Assembly (NCBI GenBank): GCA_002633005.1
Contig: NMRA01000234.1
Span: 555,079 to 604,393 of the forward strand
Direction of reading: 5' to 3'
DNA length: 49,315 nt
DNA from: Phoronis australis
Taxonomy: Eukaryota > Animalia > Phoronida
Positions 1 to 11,865 of this stretch are shown here, one piece after another. Position 1 is the first letter of the stretch. Every line of letters begins with the position of its first letter. The notes under the pieces were generated by a model. It had not been told where the DNA came from. It did not search any database and saw only the letters and a program-made list of their open reading frames with translations. The position numbers and the translations under genes were made by a program.

Positions 1-330
1 GTTTTGTGTGGTACCTCGAATGTATGTGCTAGCTCATTTTTGGGGGGTCCTTTTTTGGCTTCTGCCGGACCCATTCCAGAGTGCAATTTGTCTGTCATGG
101 GTCATTCGGTGTTCAGTGCGGTATTATTGTTCGTTTTAAATCAGTTTTGGTTGGTACCTCGAATATCTAGTCTAGCTCATTTTTTGGGGTCTTTGTAAGG
201 CCCCCAGGGGTCACACCCAGAGTGCAGACAACGGCAGACGTCCATTTCTGTACATACTGAGGTGGACTTTAAATGCTCCCGTGGTCAGATGTTGGTACCT
301 CGTTCATCTATGCTAAGTGCTCTGGGCTGC
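1..330. repeat. Degenerate ~142-bp tandem repeat, truncated by the window start
   Basis: TGGTACCTCG recurs at 9, 152 and 293 (spacing 143, 141). The first two copies continue with aat...ctagctcattttttgggg. Confidence 0.55.
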
Positions 331-399
331 CGGTCTATACCTTGTGAAGTAAAAATTTGATCAGCGGTGATATAACCCTTCCTAAATCCAGATTGAGAT

Positions 400-1490
400 T
401 CTTGAAACAAATTGTTTTCATTTGCCCAAATGGTAAGGCGATTGTTTATGATTTCAGTAAATACTTTTTTTCAACTACATACAACAACGCAATACCGCGA
501 TAGTTATCCACGTCAGTTATGGACAAATTACAACATGGCACAATACCTCTGGGTAATCACCAGAAGACGATATCGTTTTAAACATATCAGTTTAAGCTGG
601 TGTGATGAGCATTTTAGTTTGTTTAAACAATTCAAAAGTAAGGCCATCAATGCCCGCAGCCTTGCCGTTAGGCACATCTTCTTTTACATTCCGAATTTCT
701 TCTACAGTAAACGCCTTAGTCAATGACGCAGGGGTATTGTTAAGACAATCAATACAATTCACATGCAACACCGCTTCCCTTTCGGCTTCTGTGACAATGT
801 CTACAATTTGGTTACTGAGTTAAAAGTAGCCAAACTAGTTACCGAGAATGGTGGCGATGTCAGTATTTCCACACTGCCATTATGGCGTTTTTTCCATGCC
901 CGTCTTGCAGAGTCTTATGTAGTTCTATATATTTACGTCATAATAAATGACATTATTAGCAATCCTCCTCTTATTTTACTCTTCAACATAGCTCGTGGCG
1001 TACCCCGGGCAAAATAGATTACGATAAATTAAATTTAACTTGTTAAATGCATTTATCAGCATTATTTTCACATTTGTCACTTTATTTTGATATCAACCCT
1101 TGGGGTTTATTTTTCATTACTCATCTCTATTTATAGCCTCAAGGGTCTACTTTTGTATTCATACATTTCTCTATGCGATACCTGATTGGTCGACAATATT
1201 TCCGTTGTTCAGTTCAACGTGGTCTAGCTCATTCAGCCACCTACCTCGTCGTCTACAACTAAGACCTACGTTCGTTCTCTCATTTTTTCCCACCCCCCAT
1301 CCCGGGTGTCTGTTCCACGTTTTTCTTTTGCTCATATACCTTTCCTTTAGGCCCTTCAGTCATTTCTTTATTTTGGTTCCCTCTTTCAGACCAGGGCTAT
1401 TCATTGTACACGCCGGTGGGCGTTTTTTCCATGCCCATCTTTCAGACTTATTTAGTTCTTTCTATTTACGTCATAATAAATGACATTATA
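400..1490 (-). mobile_element. Decayed L1/Tx1-like LINE ORF2 remnant
   Basis: Minus strand 724-595 reads LTKAFTVEEIRNVKEDVPNGKAAGIDGLTFELFKQ, the pre-RT motif of L1/Tx1 ORF2. KTLQDGHGK...TDIATIL and RAMLKSKIR lie upstream. Many stops. 890-958 is repeated at ~1425-1489. Confidence 0.55.
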
Positions 1491-1555
1491 CCACAATATT
1501 AGCGTCAAATGGCAGATACAACCGTGTAATAACCCATAAAGTTATCTCACTAGGC

Positions 1556-1629
1556 GGGAAACCGAGGACGGAGTCGAACCCGGGACCCTGGAATTGCTGG
1601 TCGCCGACTTTACCACTACACCATGCAGC
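1556..1629 (-). mobile_element. tRNA-derived SINE head or tRNA pseudogene
   Basis: Pol III A box TGGTGTAGTGG (1623-1613) and B box GGTTCGACTCC (1580-1570) at tRNA-like spacing. Acceptor and anticodon stems pair poorly. Confidence 0.7.
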
Positions 1630-1796
1630 GACTGACGTCATCAAGAGTGAAAATAGAATACTTAAATGAGCACGCGCAATAATCGCATATTCAACAAACC
1701 GCATTGTACTGTACTTATTTCATGCGTAAGTTCACAATCTGAAAATGTTTGTTTATAATAAGTGCAGTATATGCGTTACTTTTGGAATCTTTTTAG

Positions 1797-1874
1797 AATC
1801 CAGATTACATGAAAGACAACTTCCATATAATTTTCGAGAGTGTTTACGCTGACGACCGAGGTGATCAAGAAAAT
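1797..1874 (+). CDS. PITP: Phosphatidylinositol transfer protein, internal exon (NPDYMKDNFHIIFESVYADDRGDQEN)
   Basis: ttttag acceptor, gtaagt donor, 78 nt, phase 0. Matches the PITP segment NxYMKxDFxIxIETxHxxDxGxQEN. Confidence 0.92.
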
Positions 1875-2242
1875 GTAAGTTTCAAAGATTCGTTAATACT
1901 TACCTTGTATGTAAGGACGCACGACCCACTTCCTTCGTCTTCCCCGAACTATCTGTGACTCTCTATCATTGTGTTTACAAGAGCTCTTTAGCACTTTTTA
2001 TATCACGGACAGCATTTATTCAGTGATGCGTTTATAGACATTCTATACTGATTGACATCATGTATTTTGTTGGAATTGTTAAACAATGCTGTTGACTACA
2101 AACTATCGCAACTTTTATAGAAAGACAGTCTGGTCTAAAACATTAGAAAATGAATAAATGTTTTCAATTACAAAAGTTGTTGAAATTGTCAGTGAACTAT
2201 AATGCCTGAAAAGAGAATTCCTGTAAAATGTAATCATTTCAG

Positions 2243-2323
2243 GTACTCCAGTTGTCGGCTGAAAAGTTGAGCCAACGTACAGTGATTGTTATTGATATTG
2301 CCAACGATCCTGTCAGCACCAAT
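2243..2323 (+). CDS. PITP: PITP internal exon (VLQLSAEKLSQRTVIVIDIANDPVSTN)
   Basis: tttcag acceptor, gtgagt donor, 81 nt, phase 0. Contains the PITP IDIA motif. Confidence 0.92.
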
Positions 2324-2895
2324 GTGAGTACAGTATGCAGCAAGGGTCTTTACAGACCGACGTTCACGAGCACTCTGCTCACCTCAAGGCGTGGAAATGC
2401 AACAACATTTGAATAAAGTAGTCGCTATATTCAATTGTTCACGCCTTGACGTTAGCTTTGTGCTCATCTAATTTTCACTCGATGCAGCAAACTTAGCTCC
2501 TTGCAAGACTATAACGAAGCACCACTCTGTGCTGCTGCTTTTCATGAGAGTGAGTGATTGGGCAAACACGGGTCATCGGAATGACTTCATAATTAGAAAT
2601 CCATATAAGGAGAAACGAAACTTGGGGCGTTGGTGACAACTTAATCAGTTATTCTTCATCACAACCCAACTAACGACGGCAAGCGGTTGGTTATGAAAAC
2701 TGCAACCAACGAAAAAGGCTATATTTTAATGTACATAATGTGAAACAGAACGCGACTTCATGTAGCTTACCACGTGGCTGCTCTGTTCACGTACCTTAAT
2801 TCAGCCCTGAAGGGGTTTCTACGGTCTTGAAAATCCGGTCTATGTACGATTTCAACATCCAATAGAATGCAAATTTTGCTGCATTCTTCATTCAG

Positions 2896-3069
2896 GACTA
2901 TGTCGCCAGCGAAGATCCGACTTTGTTCAAGTCGTCGGCGACTGGTCGTGGACCTTTGCAGAAAGACTGGTCAGAGACTGCATCTCCAATAATGTGTTGC
3001 TATAAGGTCGTGGATGTGTCGTTCAAATGGTGGGGATTACAAACTAAAGTTGAAAGTGTTATAAAGAGG
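2896..3069 (+). CDS. PITP: PITP internal exon (DYVASEDPTLFKSSATGRGPL...MCCYKVVDVSFKWWGLQTKVESVIKR)
   Basis: ttcag acceptor, gtaagt donor, 174 nt. Carries the hallmark EDPxxFKSxxTGRGPL, MCxYK and FKWWGLQ motifs. Confidence 0.96.
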
Positions 3070-3180
3070 GTAAGTGATTACTATTCGTCAACACCGTGAA
3101 CTTATAAACTTTCCAGTCATCGATATCGAAACAGTACAGCCCAAAAATTACTTTTCATTTATATATGTATTGAAGGCTTG

Positions 3181-3627
3181 GTACCGGGAATTTCCGTAGA
3201 TAAGCCCATGGGCGTGTATTCGGAAAATGAAAATTTTCAGGCGGCTTAGCAACACTAAATAAACGCACGGGCGTTTTATCTGAAAAAGGGGTGTGTAAAC
3301 GGAAAGTCATAGTTTTGCTGACTTTGACAATTTTTTTTACTTAAAACTGCGTTTTTTAATTTTAGGTTAATAAATGCATAGTTCACCAACACCTCGTTCG
3401 TTTTTATAAATGATAAATGTTCAACAAAACTGAATTTGTGACAAAACCCAGACGCCGAGTGGTCGTTTAAGAAAAAAATTACAAATAAACGCCCCACTGT
3501 CTGGACATCTGACATCACAGGTTTTAACACTAAATAAAAGCCCACGGGCGTGCATTCGGCATAATTTTACGAATAAACGCCCATAGGCGTGTCATCGGAT
3601 GGGCTTATCTACGGAAAATCCCGGTAC
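3181..3627. mobile_element. MITE, probably Tc1/mariner/pogo-type
   Basis: 29-bp terminal inverted repeats GTACCGGGA(A/T)TTTCCGTAGATAAGCCCAT with 1 mismatch and TA at both ends. GGGCGTG/AAACGCCC subrepeats inside. Confidence 0.85.
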
Positions 3628-4949
3628 TATTGAATCAAATTTAAGCTGCAATCTCGTTATTTTATATACTGTAAATACACGTGGTTAAAACGGAGAGTTT
3701 ACACAATAAGCGATTCTTAGTCTCTAATTTTCAAATCAACACTTCCATATTTCCAACACGTTAGCATATTACTACCAAGGCTCTAATATACTGTTTTACT
3801 GTTTACATTTCCTAATGTTGGATGAAATAGACTATAACAGAAAAATTATACAAAAGTATGAACCATTCGGACCTTCGAATGATGCAGTTAGTCGGTGGGC
3901 CAGATCTCATAGCGTTCATCCTTGTGAGTACTTTGGGGGGGNTAGTTTTCTCTGTGTGGCTAGATAATATACCTATAAATCAAATTCCAAAAAGTTCCCA
4001 CGTCTACACTTGCACATTTTTTTTAAAAAGGTGTTTTTGTTGCATAAAATATGATGCACATTCCTGCCACTTGGTGGCACTTTTCTATTGAATTAACCAA
4101 TCATAGAGCCAGATTGTATTGTTGTGCTTAGTTACTTCAATATGGCTGCTCCCATGGAGTGTTATGCCTGTATAATTCAAGGTTTATCAAACAGCACAAA
4201 ATTTTGATGCCAGAGCCTAAAGAAGCTTAGGAAAGCTTCCTGACGAAAGATGATGGACTGTGGAACTCTGTAGATCAGTAGATAAAAAAGAAGATGAGGT
4301 GCCACAAACGTTTGTGAAGAAAACAGCTGCATGTCCTGGTATAGCCTACACAGTAAACTGCTGAGTGCTGTAGACTAGAAGACCAAGTGTCAGACCAAAA
4401 TTGAAAGGACATAGAACGGCATAGCAACGTTTCAAGGCACCGGCAGTAGTACTAAAGCTGAAGTTGGTGAAAGTGATACAGATGTTATCCAAGATTTCCC
4501 AAGAAAATCAATTATACTTCCAATATCTGAAACACCCAATTAACCTGAACAAGACAGGAACATTCTGAAACATGAGTGCATCATTTGTTAGCTGGAAAAG
4601 TATATTATGGACCATATTTCAAGAAAGAGCAAGAAATATAGCTTTCAAATACAGGTACGTGTTTTTGAAAGGTACATCTTGGTGTTTCCAGGTGTGTTTC
4701 AGTATTATCACCAGTTGTTTTTTTTAACTTGTTCAGCCCCTTGGCTGCCTAGGCCTTAGACAATACGGCTGACCCAGTAGAGATGGTGATCATACCATAG
4801 GTACTCCATATGCCGGATGCTTTTCGGCAAATTATGTTCCTATAAATTTAGAAGTACCGCGTAGAGAGATGCCTCTGAGAAGGTCGTTAATGTTTTCATT
4901 TGTTCCCAGTTTAAACAAATACTCCTACAATCCTATTTTTCGTACACTC

Positions 4950-5280
4950 CATTGTTCAGTTGCCACATCGACACTGCTTGTGCTAAGGGATAATCATGTG
5001 GCGTTATACTGTGGGTGTGATTTTAAAGCACTTTAAGTCAAAAATTTTTGAGAAGGTTAAATGGAGTAGATGGTTGCAAATAACATGCCCAAGTGGCCGT
5101 CATCCCCTGCCGTAGTCCTGGGATAGGGGGAACCTCTTCTCAATTTTTTGTAAACATTAATTACTTAGGTAGCTGCAATGATAATTAAATTAAAGTGCTA
5201 AAGTGGTCATCGTCGCCGTCGTAATTTGAAGACGATGGAAGCCACTGTCCATTTCGTCAAACGTCGATTACTTTAAGGGT
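4950..5280 (+). mobile_element. Possible Penelope-like element 3' fragment with a degenerate hammerhead-like motif
   Basis: FKSKIFE...GRHPLP*SWD resembles a PLE GIY-YIG tail. It is followed by taat-TTGAAGA-cgatgga(loop)tccat..cgtc-AAACGTC-gatta at 5222-5270. Confidence 0.35.
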
Positions 5281-5963
5281 AAATCGATTGACTATGGTTT
5301 GAGCATCTGATTTAAAAAAAATTAAATTTCAGTCACTGCACTGGTATATCAGCCGATTTATTTTCAGGCGACAGATCAGACGGCATGTAAATTTGTTAGG
5401 CTGGTGGTGGATCAGTTTCTGATAAGTCCGCCTGAAAAAGTTGCATGCCAACTCACTCATAGTTGAATGTTAAATTAGGGTTAACAGTTCGGGTTTTTTC
5501 AGTTGGACTTGTATCGCAAGCAACAGTTCAGTCCAGAGCCCTGAATATGCAAATGAAATTCAAAGATAAAGACCTTGTGTCTTAGAAGCCAAGTACCACA
5601 GATCATCATGCTATAAAAAATAGAAAGACAAGGATTATGAAGAGTGACGAATCCACATTTTCCAGAGATGTTTTTCTACAGTTTTGTTTGGAGTTCATTG
5701 AATCAAAGCTTCTAGCACATGGAGATGTCATTTGCCTTTCAAAACTAAAGCAAGACTTTGAAGCTGTTCTTCAGAAAGATGGTGTGCATGAAGTTATTTG
5801 GACAGGCAATCTTAAGAAATATTGTTGAAGCTACTCACTGTTGTAGTTTGTGCCCGACTAAGAGATACGAAATTGAATTGAGGCTAGTGTTCAATAATTC
5901 ACTTGCTGACTCTAATTAACACAGCCCATTATAACATATTTTGAATCAAACGTTTGCCCAAAT

Positions 5964-6171
5964 NNNNNNNNNNNNNNNNNNNNNNNNNNNNNNNNNNNNN
6001 NNNNNNNNNNNNNNNNNNNNNNNNNNNNNNNNNNNNNNNNNNNNNNNNNNNNNNNNNNNNNNNNNNNNNNNNNNNNNNNNNNNNNNNNNNNNNNNNNNNN
6101 NNNNNNNNNNNNNNNNNNNNNNNNNNNNNNNNNNNNNNNNNNNNNNNNNNNNNNNNNNNNNNNNNNNNNNN
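5964..6171. other. Assembly gap (208 N)
   Basis: Run of N. Confidence 1.
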
Positions 6172-7137
6172 TCTTTGACAAGTCAACCCTAAATAGACCT
6201 CCAACCTCGTTATTTCGTTATTTTTGTATTAAAAAGTTAACTTTATTTGTTGATTAAGTCATAGAAAGTACATACTTTGATCATTGTCATGTATTTGTCT
6301 CATACTGCTTGATAAACGCTGTCAGAATAATCTATTATTTTCATACAGTCTTTGTGCACATTCACAGAGATCATTCCACTATATTGTTTTTGTACTATAA
6401 CGTATTTCTGGTGTATTATGCAAACAAGCTGTATTTTACTCCATTAGTCAATGTTTTAGTCATTGAGGCACACATTTTGCCCAGTCTCAAGTGTTTTGTG
6501 TTATTTTTGTTGCCAGACAATGCCAGAATAACTTCCTAGTAACATCCAGACTTAGTTTGCATTTTCGCCACTAGGTGTCTCTTTACATTTGTTAAATTTC
6601 ACTGTTTACAATTAATCTACAATAGTAAAACATGTAATGTGAGTTTAATATTGTTCAATATAATGGCACTGATGGGACCATATTACTTGCTTTACAAAGA
6701 AGTCACCAAAACTGTTGTTTTTACAAATATAAGTTTACTAAGCTCTTTGGTGATTATTAGGTAATTTCAAACTCAAATTTCTCAAAAATGTGCAACTTTA
6801 TATGTGGGAACTTTTTAGATTTTGAAAACACTCTAACAAATGAATTAAAAAACACCAAAATAAAATTGCCCCCCTAAAGTACTCACAAAAACCATTTTCT
6901 AGAGGCCCAACAAATTCTGGCCCAATGACTAAATTGCGTGTTCAAAATTGTAACCTGCTGTCCTGAATACAGGTCACGGTACAATGGAATAGTTCCCAAG
7001 GACTTATTTGCTAAGAATATTATTTAACAATTCTAGATTTAACATTTATACACAATAACTTGACAAAGCCACATATTACTTTCAAACTATCACCAATAAA
7101 CTGAGAAAATAGTCACAGCTTTAGTGAACATGAGAAG

Positions 7138-7139
<2 letters not shown>

Positions 7140-7221
<82 letters not shown>
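7140..7221. repeat. (ATT)n microsatellite, ~27 units; the 3' tail of the adjacent LINE
   Basis: Perfect ATT run directly abutting the LINE 3' UTR. Confidence 0.95.
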
Positions 7222-7222
<1 letters not shown>

Positions 7223-7559
7223 CATTGTCATATTTAAAATGAGGGTGACCTCTTCAGTGATAGCACTGCTTTCCAACAGGGCCCTCAACAAGAAAAACAG
7301 TAATATAATACAATGAAGTAATAAAACAACAATGAAATATACGTAACAAAGATACAATTAAAACAGTTAAGGTTGAGAACTAAGACAATAACTAAATGAC
7401 AAATGGCAAAAAATTAACTAAGACAGATGAAATAAATCAAGAGATGACTCTAGACAATGAGAGTATTTACGACAATGAAAAAATGACATGATTAAGACAG
7501 GCAGGGTATAAAAGGTTAAGTAAATTACAGCCACTTTTTAACATTAACTTTAAAGGTAG

Positions 7560-8645
7560 TAATTGAATTGGACCGTTTAATTTCTGGGCTAAAAGAATTC
7601 CATATTATAGCAGCTGCATAGATAAAAGATCTCTTGCCCGTCTCGGTTTTAATTTTTGAGAAGAAACATTGCCAGCAACAGAAGAACGTGTAGAATAAAC
7701 AGCCTGACTGCTATTGAATTTACTGCTGAGATATGCAGGGGCCAAGCCATTAATACATCTGTATATACAACAGGCAGAGAGATATTTATTTCTTTGTCTT
7801 ACTTTCATAAATCCCAGCTTAGAGTACAAGTCGTCAACCCTAGTGTCCCTAATTTTAGTACCCAGGATAGCCCTGGCGGCTCTATTTTGTGTTACTTGGA
7901 GTTTGTTTACAAGTGTGTCACTAGTGTGCCCCCAAACCGGTAAACAATAATCAATATGAGGCTGAATAATAGAATGGTAAATGGTCTTAAGAGTACGGAC
8001 ATTAAGAAATTTGCCTAGACGTTTAAGTACACCGATTTTCTTTGATAATTTCTTTGTGATATGATCTATGTGCATATTAAATTTAAGATTGGGATCTAAA
8101 GTAAGGCCCAAGTACTTAAACTTGTCAACATTCTCGATGGGAGAACCGTTGATAGAAAGGGATAGTTTTTGTTGTTTTAATTTCTGGTGGATTCCGAACA
8201 GCATCGACTTGGTTTAACTAACTTTAAGAGTGAGTTTATTTTGAATCAGCCAGTCATGGATAATGGCTAGCTCATTGTTGAGAGAAGTTTCGAGTTCTTT
8301 TACCGATCCTGTTGTGGACATAATTGCAGTGTCATCAGCGTATATAACTGGGACACTGTTGTGGAGGACCGTAGGGAGGTCGTTAACAAAAATAGAGAAT
8401 AATAGAGGGCCCAAAATGGAACCCTGAGGTACCCCCGTGATTACGGTTGAGTAGTCAGAAAGTATACCACCGTATTTGGTGGCCTGTTTACGGTCGTATA
8501 AGTAGTTTCTAAACCAAAGGAGTTCGTTATCATTAACTCCATATGACTCTAGTTTCTGCAATAGGATATCATTGTCCATAGTGTCAAAGACTTTCTTAAG
8601 GTCAACAACGACAGCACCAGTTAGCCTCCCCTGATCCATATTATT
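7560..8645 (-). pseudogene. LINE reverse transcriptase, inactivated
   Basis: ORFs 8214-8891 and 7605-8204 are one frame split by a premature TAA (VS*TKSML). A frameshift near 7660 precedes KIKTETGKRSFIYAA. Confidence 0.9.
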
Positions 8646-9727
8646 AAAGATTAACGTCGACTGGCAGACTCGATAAAACGAAACACCACACGAGTCCAAA
8701 CTAGGGCTGAAAATGTTTCCAATTACCTCATTGTTTCTATTAAAAAGTATGCTGCTAATTATTTCAAACTCACCATTCAAAAGGCGAGTCCCAAAACGGT
8801 ACAAAGAACTCTCGCCAAAACGATACTCTACGAAGTAATCCAGTCGCTGAAAACCAAGGAGTTCGCAAGCATAGCGACTGACAGATCCCATACTCTAGTG
8901 CTATTTACAAACTTTTGCCATTTCCTGGCGAGTGCTTTCTCGTTTAGAAGACTACAAGTGCCACAGTGTGATTGGAGGCAGTGTTATCAGATCCGCCACA
9001 AACACTGCGCCTCACTATTGCGAATATTTATTGAAATGTTGAGCATATTTGCTCAATGAAAAAACAAAGTGCGAGCACTTTCTCATTCACGCTGGTACGT
9101 CATACGGCATATCGAAAACATACATGGGAAACTTAATCGAGTATTTATGATTAATGAAAATCTTATTAAAAAATTGACTTCGTTGGGTTGCTTACATGCT
9201 TAGGCAGGTATGCCTTAGTCTGTCGGGCAGTGAGCGAATCCTGTTATTGACAGGCCTCATCGGACTAGGAAACTTTCTACGGAGTCTCCCGTCCATTTCT
9301 TTGGTTACATGGAGACAAGCAGAATTTGGACCACGAGGACTTTAGATATATACCAATTCGGATCAGCATTTATAATTTAAGTCAATATTTTAAAAATCCT
9401 TTAATGTCTTAAAAATCTGGAACAGACTCTGCCAAACTCTGCTTGTACTGCATTGGTCGGCTCTCACTGTTTTACTCCTAAAACATGTGTTTGTTTCAGT
9501 GCCTTTGGGTTCATGGAATACTCAAAAATCCGTATTTTAATATGGGAGATATCTGCGTATCAAAGATTTTTTTCGAAGATTTTTGATTTTATTTCTTAGA
9601 CTACGTGAAATGTTATGTATAAAATATCGATAGAAAGAATGAATTACAAATGAAGAGTACCTTTCAAACCAATAAGTCTGCTTATCTACGGACAGATAAC
9701 GTGTCTCAAAACCTTGCCATTTTACAG

Positions 9728-9850
9728 GCTATGACCCGAGCCCTGCTTCAGCTTCACCGCCGTCTATTTTGCTGGATGGACAAATGGTACGGTCTAACTA
9801 TGAAGGAAGTGAGGGAGTTGGAAAACAAAACAAAAATGGAGCTTGAGACC
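9728..9850 (+). CDS. PITP: PITP internal exon (AMTRALLQLHRRLFCWMDKWYGLTMKEVRELENKTKMELET)
   Basis: tttacag acceptor, gtaaga donor, 123 nt. Carries the HRxLFCWxDxWxxLTMxxxRxxE motif. Confidence 0.95.
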
Positions 9851-10383
9851 GTAAGATGATTCATTTGCCACCAGGCGGCGAACCTATAGTCATAGTCACT
9901 GTGTCCAAGTCACTGCCAACACTCCAGCTTCATCGTCACCGCTATCATTACATTCTCATTAAGCATAATTTATGTTGTCATCTCTGAGCGTCCCGCATCC
10001 TGTAGTTTCTGTATCCCATATGCCCACCATAAGAGCATCTTGAGAAATTTTAAACATATAAAGATGACAACAGAGGCCTCAGCCGCCATGCAATCCTTCA
10101 AGGAGAACACGGCTTTTCTTGTTTCTCGACTAATCGACTACTCCAGGACACCCTCGTAGGTCTTGCTTTTGTGCCTGCCCATAATGTCGAACAAGTGCCC
10201 ATCTTGAACGTACCTACGCCATTGAACCTAGTTTTCGGGAACTGGAAGACTGGAAGCATTATTGGTTCGTCATTCTTTCGGGACTTTACACTACGTCTGG
10301 CATTCCGGAGACTGGCAGGTCTACTGCCGCTTTTGCATGCCATGTTAGTCTTCTTTGACTGCGCAATTGTGATGTGTTTTACA

Positions 10384-11865
10384 TTTTTGCACAACAAGAT
10401 ATTTTAATGTGGGTGCATTGTGCCGTACGTCCATCAGTCCGGCGTACGCTGATAAAGGCTCATGAAATTGTGCAAATACAAGTGTTCCTGTTGTGAATGG
10501 GACGACATGAGCGAGAGTTCGGAAGGATACAAGAACTGGTGTCCTCCTTATTGCCATTTTTGCGTTTTTCTCTGTATAGTAGGAATTCCTTAACGGATTT
10601 TCATAACATTTGGCAAATTGGTATCCTCGTTTTTTGGGTGATTCCATGTGATCTGCTCCACCAAGTGGCCCTTTACTGTTTTCGAATATGTTTACGGCCA
10701 AACCGCACTAAGTGTGATTATGAAAATTAATGCACGGCGGTTCCTACAGGGAAGAGGACGGCTGACGAGAATGTTCGAACGGCTCCGACTGCGGCGGCGC
10801 CTCCTAGGAACAGTTTTTTGTTTTTGCATTTTCGACTGTATCTCGTGAACCGTTTGGAGGATCTTTGTTAAACTTGACAGTCAAGTAAATTTATACGAAA
10901 GTAACAACTCCTTGCAGGAACTTTGTTAAATTTGATAAGACATTAGTGTATTTTTCTGTAGAGGTGACAACGGATGGCGACGACATTCGGCGGATCTGAC
11001 TACCACTGTGCCTCCAAGTTTCCCCTCTGTATCTTCCTCAGTTCCTTGAGGGATTCGACGTATTCTGTGCCACCCAGTGGCTGTTTTTTACTGTTTTAAT
11101 TCCATCTGTCTTTCTGTATGGCATGTTTCTATTGGGAAGTGCACAACTGACGATGATTCTCAGGCGGCTCTGGCTTTTGTGGCACCCCTAGTAGCAGTTT
11201 TGTTTATTTTTCGTCCACGGCTGTGGGGGTCTTCTAAACCTGTTTTATTTGTAGCAGTATGACAATGGATGAGGACTTATCGTTGTGTCCTATAGTTGCA
11301 AAATTGTTTTTTTTTTTACATTTTCCAGTGTATCCAAGGATTGCTGTGACAGTTTGAATTTGTTTTGCCTTTGGCTCAATACAAACTCCTTTATAGATCT
11401 TCATATAATTTGTCACGTGCTCAATTGAGGACAGTAAACTGACGTGGATTTGGGAAAATCCAACCACTACTAAATCGCCTAATGATAATTTTGCTTTTTT
11501 AGCGTTTGTCGTGATACCTTCCCGATTCCTTGATGGATGTTCATGAAATTTGGCATATAAGCTACTATCACGTAGGCAACGGCACTTGCCCTGTTTTGGA
11601 TGGATTTGACCAACGTTGCGCCGCTCTAGTGCTTCAGTATCCTTTGTCTTCTGCCTCCCTATCCATCATATTTCTTGAACAATCGCGACAAAATTTGACT
11701 ACTGTGTTCTGATTGAGGAGAGCATTTCTGACTGGCTCTGTGCCCTCTAGAGGCTGTTATTAAGTTCACCGTCATTGCTGCCTAGCTGGGAATGTTTGAA
11801 ATAATGGTTATCTCTTGTATCTCAGCTGAAAATTGTTTTTTTTCAAGATTCAGCAGGTCTTATTA
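10384..11865 (+). mobile_element. Older, diverged DINE-1/Helentron-like non-autonomous element
   Basis: 5' end ...ATGTGGGTGCATTGTGCCG..GTCC..CATGAAATT matches the 33 and 43 kb copies. Degenerate GCC(A/T/C)CCTAG subunit motifs. Confidence 0.6.

Larger units (their letters stand above)
3889..6931 (+). mobile_element. Decayed Academ-like DNA transposon
   Basis: Termini TAGTC..TGGGCCAGA / TCTGGCCCAATGACTA. Extra inverted blocks TGTGAGTACTTT.GGGGGG and AAAAAGTTCCCAC...TTGCACATTTTT. Flanks agt/aat could be a 3-bp TSD with 1 mismatch. Frameshifted coding relic DLV-LEAKYHRS-CYKK at ~5571-5620. Confidence 0.6.
7140..8650 (-). mobile_element. 5'-truncated CR1-group (L2/Crack/Daphne-like) LINE
   Basis: RT motifs DLKKVFDT, GVPQGSILGPLLF, YADD, KYLG and LQxxQNRAAR, then a 3' UTR with a GC-rich terminal segment and an (AAT)n tail. 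Confidence 0.92.

Noticed and set aside
1556-1629. Functional tRNA gene
   Set aside because: Acceptor and anticodon stems do not pair well and there is no adjacent T-run terminator.
2804-2840. CTGAAGG...GAAA hammerhead candidate
   Set aside because: Core mismatch and weak stems.
5912-6204. ORFs spanning the gap
   Set aside because: Artefacts of the N run.
7121-7357. Poly-Ile ORF
   Set aside because: Translation of the microsatellite and LINE 3' UTR.
8650-8891. N-terminal part of ORF 8214-8891 as RT
   Set aside because: RT similarity stops near 8645; the rest is read-through into flanking DNA.
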